A stretch of 64,000 nucleotides of DNA from Octopus vulgaris (Eukaryota). The position numbers were made by a program, and so were the translations under genes. The notes beneath the pieces are model-generated. The model did no database searches, was not told the DNA's origin, and worked only from the letters and a program-made list of their open reading frames with translations. Below are positions 42,031 through 53,824 of the stretch, one piece after another (the stretch's first letter is position 1; every line of letters starts with the position of its first letter). Where the stretch lies: the NCBI GenBank assembly GCA_951406725.2, contig OX597821.1, forward strand, positions 109,678,001-109,742,000, in the 5' to 3' direction.

Positions 42031-43599
42031 GCTATTCTTCCGCCAACCTGTACATAACTACACCTTCCATTTTTTATTGTTTTTGTACTGCTTAAAGGCG
42101 TGTTTCTTTCCTGCCAAGCTTACTATTTAAACCATGTTTGTGTTCTCCCAGTCAACAGCTTTATCATTACTCGTACTTTAAACTCTTTGGTTGCATATTT
42201 GTGTGAATAAAATTGTTTTTCTTTGGAACAGAAAAAAGTCTATCTTTATTTCTTCTTTTGCTGGTGTCTGAAATTTAGATTCAATCAGTGTTTCTCGAAG
42301 GGGAGGCCTATGGGAAGGTCGGACAAGTTGTTTTGAGAAAATTTGGTTTAAATGTTTGACAACTCAGCACCGTCCATTGGACGGGGGTGCGTTTTGCTCG
42401 TATATATATATATATATATATATCATACATACATACATACATACATACATACATACATACATACATACATACATACATACATACGTACATACATACATAC
42501 ATACATACATACATACATACATACATACATGCATACATACCTATATGTGTGTGTATGTATTTGTGTGTCTGTGTTTGTTCCCCCCGCGATAGCTTGACAG
42601 CCGATAGTCATGTGTTTATGTCCCTTTAACATAGCGGTTTGGCAAAAGAGAGTGATAGAATAAGTACTAACCTTACAAAGAACGAGTGCTGGAGATGATT
42701 CCTTCGACTAACACCCTATAGGGTGGTGCTCCAGCATGGCCGCAGTTAGATGACTGAAACAAATAAAAGAATAAAAGCTTAAAAGAATATACGTGCATGT
42801 GTGTGTGTGTGTGTGTGTGAGTGTGTGTGTTTGTTTGTTTTATCTTGTACTTGTTTTACTCATTGGAGTACAGCCATCTTCAATTTTATTTCAAGGAATT
42901 GCCACCAGGACTAATATTTTCTTTCTCGGGCCATTAGTTATTCAATCGGATCATTTCCTGAACAGCTAATGCATGGAGATGTAAACAAACCAATGCCGGA
43001 TCTCAAGTGGAAGTCGGCGACAAACCCAATCACAAAGGCACACACACACATATATATATGTAATGCATGTATGTGCGTATGTATACACGATGGATTTTTT
43101 TTATCACTTTCCACCTACCAAATCCGCTCACAAACATCGCTCGGCGCAGCGCTATAGTACAAAATACTTGCCCAATGTGACACGCAATAGGGTTGACCCA
43201 AAGACCGTGTGGTTAGGAAGCAAACTTCGAACCACACAACAATGATTGCAACTGAAAACAGAAAAAAGACGGTAATTTCTTCGCTGCAAGTTACGTTGTA
43301 AACTCATAGAAGAGTTACACGATGGTTGGTAAGCAACGATTTGAATATCTTTATGGTTACGTGTATGGATCACACGGGAAAATCCGCGACTGGTTTGTGA
43401 ATGTTTTTTCCTAGAAAAACTTTAGTGCTTTTTCAATACTTGTAAGTGGATGATTCACTTAACTACAAACACCAATAGTTCTCCCTGTGAATGTATATAT
43501 AAGGGAATACAATACGGATATAACATGGTGTACTCGTGTGTGAAGTACCCACACTTAAAAATCATGTGAAAATACTTTTATTAGGAATTAAATTATGAT

Positions 43600-43812
43600 T
43601 TTAAATTTGGTCACAAGAGCAGTTTGGTGGAGGGGATTAAGTCGAGATTACATCGAACCCGGTGCGTAACTGGTGTTTCTTTAATTGACCTAGAAAAGAT
43701 GAAAGGCAAAGTCGAACTTGGCGGAATTTGAACTCAGGACGCAGCGGCAGATGAAATACTGATAAGCACTTCGCCAGGCGTGATTAGCGGTTCTGCCAGC
43801 TCACCCGCCTCT
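43600..43812 (-). mobile_element. SINE family A, diverged copy with alternative tail
   Basis: gatgaaaggcaaagtcgaacttggcggaatttgaactcagg...ttctgccagctcacccgcct. A further split copy lies at 49500-49570 plus 49757-49850. Confidence 0.8.
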
Positions 43813-44194
43813 ATAAGGAATTTAATAATACATGGCATAACATTAGTTATATAAAATAAAGGTGCGTGGTTTAGTGGGTAAGGTAGACGGAAACAGAAAG
43901 AACCCCGTCGTATATACATATATGTCGTACATATATGTATGAATGCATATATTTGTATGTTAAATTTTAAATTTAGAATTATTAATTAGATGCAATTGAG
44001 TATTTTAAAAAGAAAATTAACATGGACCTAATGCATGAATGAATGAAGAGGAAATCGATAATGAAAGAAAATGGATCACCTAAGGCGGGATTCTGCTTCC
44101 AATCATTGCTTAGTTTGTCCTTCTATCTATCCATTTATGTATCTATCTATCTTCTGTCCTTGCATCCAACCATCCATCCATCTATCTATCTATG

Positions 44195-44236
<42 letters not shown>

Positions 44237-44273
44237 TATATACATATATATATATTTATATATATATATATAT

Positions 44274-44577
44274 ATCACAATCAAGGAACGGCCATATATA
44301 CCCACTAGAAATAACAGCCAAAAGCTTTAACCGCAAAATATATAAACCAGGAGAAAATTGAAAAACTTTTACCCTGTAATTTCTTAGATATATACCGTAA
44401 TGGTAAACTAACCTGATTAAATAAGCCAATATATAGGCCCTTATCAGTAAGAAATATACGAGGCATTCCTCTTGCTATAATATCTGACCTAAAATAAATA
44501 TCGCGCCAAATTTATCGGCATAAATAAATATAAGCCACCGATTCCATTACGGAACTAACCAGAAAATTCATAATTAA
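44274..44577 (-). repeat. Inverted, multiply deleted copy of the 491-bp unit
   Basis: Blocks are exact reverse complements of the adjacent array, separated by about 11 short deletions, most filled by T/A/TA/TATA. Confidence 0.92.
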
Positions 44578-44878
44578 GTGGGTGAATGGCCTATTATGGC
44601 CGTTCCTTGATTGTGATGTTGAACGTAAAAATGGTTTATGACTATTTAATTTTTTCCTACTAGGCCGCTGGTGGCAAAAGAATTCTACAAAATTTTTTTT
44701 GCCACCCTATATTGATTAATTATGAATTTTCTGGTTAGTTCCGTAATGGAATCGGTGGCTTATATTTATTTGCTGCCGATAAATTTGGCGCGAGTGCGAC
44801 GATTTGAAAATTTTAGGTCAGATATTGCCGAGGTAGCAAGAGGAATGCCTCGTGAAAAATATCTGTTCCGACTTGGCT

Positions 44879-44985
44879 ATTTCTTACTGATGAGTCTAAG
44901 GGCCTATGGTGGATTGGCTTGATTTAATTTAATCAGGTTAGTTTACCATTAAACGGTAGATGAAACGGTGCATCGTCTAAGAAAT
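44879..44985 (+). ncRNA. Type I hammerhead ribozyme, copy 1
   Basis: atttctta CTGATGA gtcta(58-nt loop)tagat GAA ACGGTGCATCGT C taagaaat. 8-bp stem I, 5-bp stem II, self-complementary stem III, GUC cleavage predicted after 44977. Confidence 0.9.
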
Positions 44986-45369
44986 TACAGGGTAAAAGTT
45001 TTTCAATTTTCTCCTGGTTTACGGAATTAATGTTATTTTGCGGTTAAAGCTTTTGGCTGTTATTTCTAGTGGGTGAATGGCCTATTATGGCCGTTCCTTG
45101 ATTGTGATGTTGAACGTAAAAATGGTTTATGACTATTTAATTTTTTCCTACTAGGCCGCTGGTGGCAAAAGAATTCTACAAAATTTTTTTTGCTACCCTA
45201 TATTGATTAATTATGAATTTTCTGGTTAGTTCCGTAATGGAATCGGTGGCTTATATTTATTTGCTGCCGATAAATTTGGCGCGAGTGCGACGATTTGAAA
45301 ATTTTAGGTCAGATATTGCCGAGGTAGCAAGAGGAATGCCTCGTGAAAAATATCTGTTCCGACTTGGCT

Positions 45370-45476
45370 ATTTCTTACTGATGAGTCTAAGGGCCTATGG
45401 TGGATTGGCTTGATTTAATTTAATCAGGTTAGTTTACCATTAAACGGTAGATGAAACGGTGCATCGTCTAAGAAAT
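45370..45476 (+). ncRNA. Type I hammerhead ribozyme, copy 2
   Basis: Identical to 44879-44985, 491 bp downstream; predicted cleavage after 45468. Confidence 0.9.
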
Positions 45477-45698
45477 TACAGGGTAAAAGTTTTTCAATTT
45501 TCTCCTGGTTTACGGAATTAATGTTATTTTGCGGTTAAAGCTTTTGGCTGTTATTTCTAGTGGGTGAATGGCCTATTATGGCCGTTCCTTGATTGTGATG
45601 TTGAACGTAAAAATGGTTTATGACTATTTAATTTTTTCCTACTAGGCCGCTGGTGGCAAAAGAATTCTACAAAATTTTTTTTGCCACCCTATATTGAT

Positions 45699-45750
<52 letters not shown>

Positions 45751-45836
45751 CAACAATTGAGGGTAAAATTAATTAATTATCAATCAATTTCACCAAGTAT
45801 TCAGTATGTAAAGGGACCATTTAAGGCGAATTCAAA

Positions 45837-46119
45837 ATATTACATTTTATAAAGGGCTTAGTAAAATAAATTACTTTGCCACATACTGAACTCATTAGAA
45901 GTAGCAGCCAAAACAAATTTTCTTAGCCATTTCTAATACTTAAAGAAAATATCTCTCAGATAGTGCTTACTCAAAATAGCCCACTATTTTGAGTAAGCAC
46001 TATCTGAGAGAAATTTTCTTTAAGTATTAGAAATGGCTAAGAAAATTTGTTTTGGCTGCTACTTCTAATGAGTTCAGTATGTGGCAAAGTAATTTATTTT
46101 ACTAACCCTTTATAAAATG

Positions 46120-46125
<6 letters not shown>
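45837..46125. repeat. Near-perfect hairpin, arms of about 143 bp with a 4-nt loop
   Basis: ...gatagtgcttactcaaaatag ccca ctattttgagtaagcactatc...; arms pair out to atattacattttataaaggg / ccctttataaaatgtaatat; (TA)n on both sides. Confidence 0.93.
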
Positions 46126-46158
<33 letters not shown>

Positions 46159-46229
46159 TATAGATATATTTATCTATATATCCTTAAATCCTTAAAAATG
46201 TTTTAGCCCGAAGGCCGCGGCCATGCTGG

Positions 46230-46270
<41 letters not shown>

Positions 46271-46568
46271 TAATATATATAAATAGATAGATGGATGGAT
46301 GGATGGATGGGTGTTGTTCAAACGAGGAATAGCCTTCGCGTAAACCAATTGGTTCGTTTTATTCTCTTACTTTATTATTATTATCATCTTATAATCTTCT
46401 CATAATAATGACTCGTATTACTACCTCAGTCAATCTAAATGTATATATTTGTCACTACCTGTCATAAATAGCCTTTTTCTATCTGCAATACGCATTTTCG
46501 TTGATTTTTCATATTTTACCCTTACATTTCCACGTGTATTTTATATTTTCTTTTCGTAACATATTTCT

Positions 46569-46621
<53 letters not shown>

Positions 46622-46717
46622 CGGGAAGCTTTATGAAAATAGACAAAAGACGAAGGCAGGTGGAAAACAAACGAACAATTGTATTAGTATGGCGCTCAGA
46701 AATATAAATAAAACAAG

Positions 46718-46755
46718 TCTTTAACGTTTCGAGCCTACGCTCTTCAACAGAAAGA
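46718..46755 (-). ncRNA. Ultra-minimal hammerhead-like motif with variant core
   Basis: Minus: tcttt CTGTTGAA gagc gtag gctc GAAACGTT aaaga; lies in a pLTR-like stub ending in (TA)n at 46620. Confidence 0.5.
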
Positions 46756-46928
46756 TACACAGAGAGAAAAAAAAACACAGAAAGAAGGAGAGAAAAAAAA
46801 TGCGTGCAGTAGCTAACGAATCAACATGGCGATCTGATTTCGGCCAGAGGTCAAAGATTAAACATGAGACGCGAGAGCGAAATAAGGGGAGATAATAGGG
46901 TTGATAATATGGTTGAAGGACCAGCTAA

Positions 46929-47240
46929 TAGTGCGTAGGAGGGTCTGGACGTGTGTATGTATAGGGTTGGTGTATGTATTAGTATGTATAAGGGTGTGTG
47001 TGTGTGTGTGTGTGTGTGTATGAGAGAGTATTAGTGCGTAGGATTGGTGTGGACGTGCGTATGTATGGGGTTGGTGTATGTATTAGTATGTATTAGTATG
47101 TATTAGTACGTATTAGTATGTATAAGTGTGTGTGTGTGTGTGTGTGTGTATGAGAGAGTATAAGTGCGTATGAGGGGTCTGGACGTGTGTATGTATAGGG
47201 TTGGTGTATTAGTATGTATTAGTATGTATTAGTACGTATA
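46929..47240. repeat. Three tandem units of about 100-130 bp containing (TG)n and (gtattagtat)n
   Basis: agtgcgta..ga.gggt.tggacgtg.gtatgtat.gggttggtgtat recurs at about 46930, 47033 and 47163. Confidence 0.8.
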
Positions 47241-47624
47241 TATATTAAGGTATGTAGAAAAATACAACATGGACAAGAACGTATAACTCTTAGAAGACGA
47301 TACAATAAACACGGACAGGACATTCGAAATTCTCAGTCTTCAGTCAAGAACCGGATCATCGTAGTAATTTCGATATATATATATATATATATAGTTAATT
47401 CAAACATGAAAACACAAAGAGAAAACACAGCGCGAAGACGTGGAACAAGTATAGTGTTATTGGATGCTCATGAAAGGAAAGAAAGAATGAGGATTTAACG
47501 TTTCGAGCGGAAAAGGAAAGACCCAAGGAAGGGAAGACGGGGGGAAAAATCGCCAACAGTACATACGCGGTCACATTTTGAATACATATATATATATGCA
47601 TATATGTATATATGTATATATGTT

Positions 47625-47701
<77 letters not shown>

Positions 47702-47745
47702 AGAACAATCTTACTTAGAAAGGGATGCGTGCGTTCCGTCATATA

Positions 47746-48422
47746 ATATATTAATAAATAGAACATATGCATATATATTTACATATATGTACGTACCTAC
47801 CTCTACATGTATATATACACGCATATATGAGTACAGGACACCAAAAAAACGTCGAACACAATGAGAAACGAAAACATAGACACAAACCCAAGGAACTGGA
47901 CATTTTTCTTAAACAACAAAAAAATAGAGTACAGGACAAATAACACAAGGAAAAAACCCCTTCTTCAGTCGCCATGGTTTCATCTACTCTGCGTTTCGAA
48001 GGTGAAGGCGAGACGTATCTTCGAATAAGAAACTTTCCTTCCTGCGAAAAGCAAATCGAATAAAATTTGAGATCTTTTTGCAGAGGGGTAAAAAGGGTAA
48101 CAAAAACAGGACAGTAACGACAGTACAAAATATAAGCAGTAAAAGACAGGACAAGGAAAATAACAAGACAAGAAAGGCTGTTAAGCCGAACGAAAAAGAG
48201 TATTACGAACGCTAATTCCTTCTGTTATTTGTCCTGTACTCTATTTTTTTGTTGTTTAAGAAAAATGTCCAGTTTCTTGGGTTTGTGTCTATGTTTTCGT
48301 TTCTCATTGTGTTCGACGTTTTTTGATATCCTGTACTCATATATGCGTGTATATATACATGTAGAGGTAGGTACGTACATATATGTATATATATATGCAT
48401 ATGTTTTATTTATTAATATATA
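47746..48422. repeat. Fold-back with arms of about 205 bp (47746-47952, 48216-48422)
   Basis: gtacgtacctacctctacatg...cgtcgaacacaatgagaaacgaaaacatagacacaaacccaag and its reverse complement. Diverged single arms at 37680-37920 and 18690-18830. Confidence 0.9.
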
Positions 48423-48439
48423 TATACATACGTACATAT

Positions 48440-48874
48440 GCGCAGGAGTGGCTGTGTATGCACAGGAGTGGCTGTGGTAAGTAGCTTGCTAACCAACCAC
48501 ATGGTTCCGGGTTCAATTCCACTGCGTGGCACCTTGGGCAAGTGTCTTCTGCTATAGCCCCGGGCTGACCAATGCCTTGTGAGTGGATTTGGTGGACGGA
48601 AACTGAAAGAAGCCCGTCGTATATATGTATATATATGTGTGTGCGTGTGTGTTTGTGTGTGTGTGTGCTTGTCCCCCTAGCATTGCTTGACAACCGATGC
48701 TGGTGTGTTTACGTCCCCGTCACTTAGCGGTTCGGCAAAAGAGACCGATAGAATAAGTACTGGGCTTACAAAGAATAAGTCCCGGGGTCGATTTGCTCGA
48801 CTAAAGGCGGTGCTCCAGCATGGCCGCAGTCAAATGACTGAAACAAGTAAAAGAGTAAAGAGTAAAGAGAGAGT
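48440..48874 (+). mobile_element. SINE family C, young full-length copy
   Basis: tRNA-like head caggagtggctgtggtaagtagcttgct...gggttcaattcc (first 20 nt duplicated), CORE-like accttgggcaagtgtctt, internal TA/TG microsatellite, 3' body, (gtaaaga)n tail. Confidence 0.92.
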
Positions 48875-48902
48875 ACATATATAGACAGATCTTTATCTCC
48901 CC

Positions 48903-48934
<32 letters not shown>

Positions 48935-49406
48935 ATGTAAACCCATCTACCATGGTTTCCCTCTTTATTTCCGTCCCCCCATCGCTTTTATTCTTCCTCT
49001 TCCCTCTCCCGTTCCTCACCTCCAACTTTTCCTCTGTCTGTCGTCTTTTACATTCTCTCCCACCCTGTCTGTCATTCTCACTCTCTCTCTCTCACTCTCC
49101 ATTTCTTACTCTCTCTTTCTGTCACCCCGATACAGGTTACACCTGTAACCTGACAATCAAAGCGTGAACTCAAACCGGAAGGACTATGACAAAGAGGACG
49201 GAAATCTTTTCATAAAACGCTAAAAAAATTGCGAAATGACCCTAGCAACCGTAACTATGGCAACTCACAAAAACAAAGAAGATTGGAGACACAAAAACAT
49301 GAAGATGAAGAAATAGAAGTAGAAGAAGAAGAAGAAGAAGAAGAAGAAGAAAAAGAAGAAAGAAATATCGGTGGTCGTGGTGGTCGTCGTAGTCGTCGTG
49401 GTTGTG

Positions 49407-49476
<70 letters not shown>

Positions 49477-49582
49477 AAAAGCAATAATAATAATAATAAT
49501 CCTTTCTATTATAAGCATAAGGCCTGAATTTTTGAGGAGAGGGGACTAGTCGATTACATTGACCCCCAGGGTTCTTTTACAT

Positions 49583-49643
<61 letters not shown>

Positions 49644-49669
49644 CTTACTAGATAGATAAATAGATAGAC

Positions 49670-49755
<86 letters not shown>

Positions 49756-49869
49756 GCTCAGCAGAATTTGAACTCAGAACATAAAGATAGACGAAATGCC
49801 ACTAAGCATTTTACCCAGAGTGCTTACACTTCTGCCAGCTCCCCGCCTTAGGAATACTACTACTACTAC

Positions 49870-49951
<82 letters not shown>

Positions 49952-49961
49952 AAAAATAATA

Positions 49962-50412
49962 ATGGTTTTGTATATAGTGTTGTTCTAGAGAATGTTTAAG
50001 AAACCATTATAAAATTACGTGTTTGTCTTAAAACTTGAGATTACATATAAAGTATTTTGCGTAGGATATGGGCAGTTCCCATGAGCACTATCTTTTGAAT
50101 TTCTGCTATTTTGGGGTTTCCTGGTATCTGAGCTAGGTAGCAATCGGCCCCTTTTGCAATCATTCCCAGGGCACCTATGATAACACGTATTGTTTTAGTC
50201 TTTAGGTTCCACATTTTGCTAATTTCTATTTCAAGATCTTTATACTTGCTTAGTTTTTGGTAGGTCTTGACAGATACGTTTATATCGATTGGGACAGTCA
50301 TATCAATGAGGAGGCATGTTCTTTGTCTGAAGTCTTTCAGTAAGATGTCTGGCCTATTTGCATCTATCTTTCTGTCAGTTTGAATGGTGAAGTTCCAGAG
50401 GAGTGAGATGTG
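49962..50412 (-). pseudogene. R4/Dong-clade RLE endonuclease fragment (different family from 3476-4702)
   Basis: LLWNFTIQTDRKIDANRPDILLKD..CLLIDMTVP..KLSKYKDLEIEISKMWNLK..VIIGALG..KIVLMGTAHILRK. Confidence 0.85.
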
Positions 50413-50424
50413 AAAATAATAACA

Positions 50425-51157
<733 letters not shown>

Positions 51158-51463
51158 GAAGGAGTTCCCTTCTTGTTTGTTCAGGTATTGAAGTCTAGTA
51201 CTTTAATATAATCGATTTTGATGGCGTCTGAGTGAAAACCATGATTATTAGTTTTATTGCAATGGAAAGAAGAATACAGTGAATACAGTCGGCCGAATAC
51301 CATTGAAATCTCTAAGTTTAATTTAAATCGATACAGATATCGAGTTTTTACCTTTTTATTCCAACTTTTCTCAGTTGCTCCTCTCTACCCTTGTTCGCAC
51401 TTTTAACAGCCTTAGGGATTTTTCAAGCTCCCTGCATATCATCTTTTACTGCTAAATGAGACT

Positions 51464-51930
51464 AAGGCGCCGAACTGGCAGAATCTTGAACTCGAGGGAT
51501 TAAATACTTCGCAACATTTCTTCCGGCTAAAAAATTCTGGTAATACAGTTCTATATTTAAGAGATGAGGAATTACGTACGCTATTTACATTGTTTACATT
51601 TGACGGATATTTGTCCTCATCTTGTTTGTTGTTAACACAACGTTTCGGATGATATACCCAAGACACCTGACGAAGGCTGGAGGGTGTATCAGCCGAAACG
51701 TTGCGTTAGCAACAAACAAGATGGGGACAAATATCCGTCAAATGTAAATAATGTAAGTAATGTGATAATTAACGTTCTGAGTTAAAATTCTGCGATGCGG
51801 GTTTTGCCTTTCAACCGTGGGTGGAGGGGAGGGGGTCGATAAAATAAGTAACAGTTGAGTACTGGAGTTAATGTAATCGATTAGCCCACCTCCACTCACC
51901 CAAAATCTCAGGCCCTACGCATATAGTATA
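51464..51930 (+). mobile_element. Old SINE family A copy interrupted by a fold-back element
   Basis: Head aaggcgccgaactggcagaatc (51464-51528) resumes at acgttctgagttaaaattc (about 51772) and runs through the core and tail. Confidence 0.75.
51585..51756. repeat. Fold-back with arms of about 75 bp carrying a minimal hammerhead (51663-51706, +)
   Basis: Arms 51585-51659 / 51682-51756. Motif acac CTGACGA a ggctg(loop)cagcc GAAACGTT gcgt; the other arm preserves the matching gtgt for stem I. Confidence 0.85.
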
Positions 51931-51940
51931 AAGTATAAAG

Positions 51941-52307
51941 CGTCCCCAAAGTCCATCCCCTCCCCACCGTGGTGGGGACGCTGGCAACGGGTAGTGTCAG
52001 AGCTATTCCGTCGGGAACTTCGGTTCCTGGTAGGGCCACCCAAGGCGAATTGGTCTGACACCGAGTGGTATTGGGGCCACAACCCGGCAGACGGGGCTCT
52101 GGTGAAAATCCTCGGAGTGTCTGTTTCGGCAACCGGCGGCTCCTCGGTCGTTCTGTCCCTGCGTCTGCGGACAATCTGTGGCAAACAGGATGTCTCCACA
52201 TGCGGGATTGTTGGGGACCGCTTGTGAAATCCACATATTCCCACGAAACTTCTTTCAATAGAAGCCGACTCAACCCACCCAGGGTGAATGTCGCCACAAG
52301 TACAAGT
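51941..52307 (+). mobile_element. Headless GC-rich short retroelement, probably RTE-derived (5' UTR + 3' end), 10-bp TSD
   Basis: TSD aagtataaag at 51931-51940 and 52308-52317; (acaagt)2 tail; gagctat...cctggtagggccacccaaggcgaa..ggtc resembles the conserved RTE 5' UTR motif; no tRNA head, no credible ORF. Confidence 0.75.
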
Positions 52308-53824
52308 AAGTATAAAGGTTATTAAACAAGACCTTATTTAAACATTAACAGAACTTAGCTTTTGGCTTCTAAGCTGAAGATTATTTTTGCGTTCAATTTT
52401 TCAGTTGTTTCATTAAACACATTTACATTCAGATTGAACAGGGTTATTTAAGGTTTACCAACTCTGTCGTATCTATCCGTTTGTATACAAGGGGGTTGAC
52501 GAAAATAATAGGCAATTTAATACTGACAAGTCACAAGCACTCCACCATCGACCCCACTAAACAGATTGCAGCCAGAATACATATGACTACTTGATATTGC
52601 AATCCCAGAGTTAGAATCAGTGCTTCACCTGGAAATCCACAGGAAAGGTAATGAAAGGTTTCGTGTAGTTACAACTACGATGGTAACAATGTGCCCGCGA
52701 CTGAATGCCTGGTTTTTAAGATGTTTCAGAACACAGGAAAAGGATAACATGTTGCTCTTACGAAGAACATGTGCTTTCATTCAATTAGATTACTGCCCCC
52801 AATTCTGGTAACTTCAAAGCGTAAATTAACAGCAGGGCTGAGGCAATCCAGTGACACTATACCAAGTAGCCCCTACCCAACAGATGGACGACATGAAGGG
52901 CTAAAAGAAGCGAGGCTCTACTCCATAGAACAGTGGTCCTCAACCGATCTACGTATGACTCTTGGGGGCTCATATGATCTCGGGGGACGTATGATTCGAG
53001 ATCCATATAAGATATTGATAAATTTATGAGAAATAAATGGAATATATTTGTACACAGCTCAATGTATTTTAACAATTTCTTTATACAATTTATTATATTA
53101 TTTAATCATAAAACCTATAATGGAATTTTTAAAAACACCGAATGACTATGAGGCCCTGATCCACTAAAATAGCAATCAAAGAGATCCATAGGTAAAAAAA
53201 AATTCGAATGATATGTAGAGAGAAGACTCGAAAGATATGCAGTGATGCATATATGGAAAATCCTGGTATGTCTAGGACACTAGTTTTGGAGTAGGACGTC
53301 ACTTCAAAGTACCAAATATACTGCCTTCTCCGTCCAAAATAGGAACCCATTACTGTAATAACTTAATGGTCAAAGGTCCGTGAATTTACTGTTCCTTACC
53401 AAAACTTCGCAGAGATTTACGAGGTGTAGAAGTGGATAGGCTCAAAGAATAATTAGCAAAATTTTACCTGAGATATCGGAGGACCCCACAGAGCAGCAAG
53501 AAGGCCAAGTAAGAGCTATGCTGTATAACTCACTATTACATCACGACCGATTCCGAAGACGGGATAGGGAAAGAGTAGAAAAGAAACAAGCATTAGTATT
53601 GATAGCATACATACATACATGCATGCATACATACATACATACATACATACATACATACATACATTCATATGCATACATACATACACACATACATACATAA
53701 ATACACACATACATACATACATTCATATGCATACATACATACACACATACATACATACATACATTCATATGCATACATACATACATACATACATACATAC
53801 ATACATACATACATACATACATAC

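Larger units (their letters stand above)
44577..45701 (+). mobile_element. Tandem array of a 491-bp hammerhead-containing unit (2.3 copies; retrozyme-like or Penelope pLTR multimer)
   Basis: Units start at 44577, 45068 and 45559; near identical (one substitution noticed, gccaccct/gctaccct); no coding similarity; ends in (TA)n. Confidence 0.9.

Noticed and set aside
44722-45413. Duplicated 66-aa ORF in the 491-bp unit
   Set aside because: No recognisable motif; it overlaps the ribozyme core, and identity only reflects the recent duplication.
44577-45701. CRISPR-like or rDNA-like array
   Set aside because: Units are fully identical with no short repeat/unique spacer pattern and no rRNA similarity; eukaryotic context.
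47955-48025. Hammerhead in the spacer of the 47746-48422 fold-back
   Set aside because: CTGAAGA and GAAAC occur on the minus strand, but not in an arrangement with convincing stems.
51908-52325. Overlapping ORFs in the GC-rich insert
   Set aside because: Open frames are expected from high GC; TSD and tail identify a non-coding retroelement.
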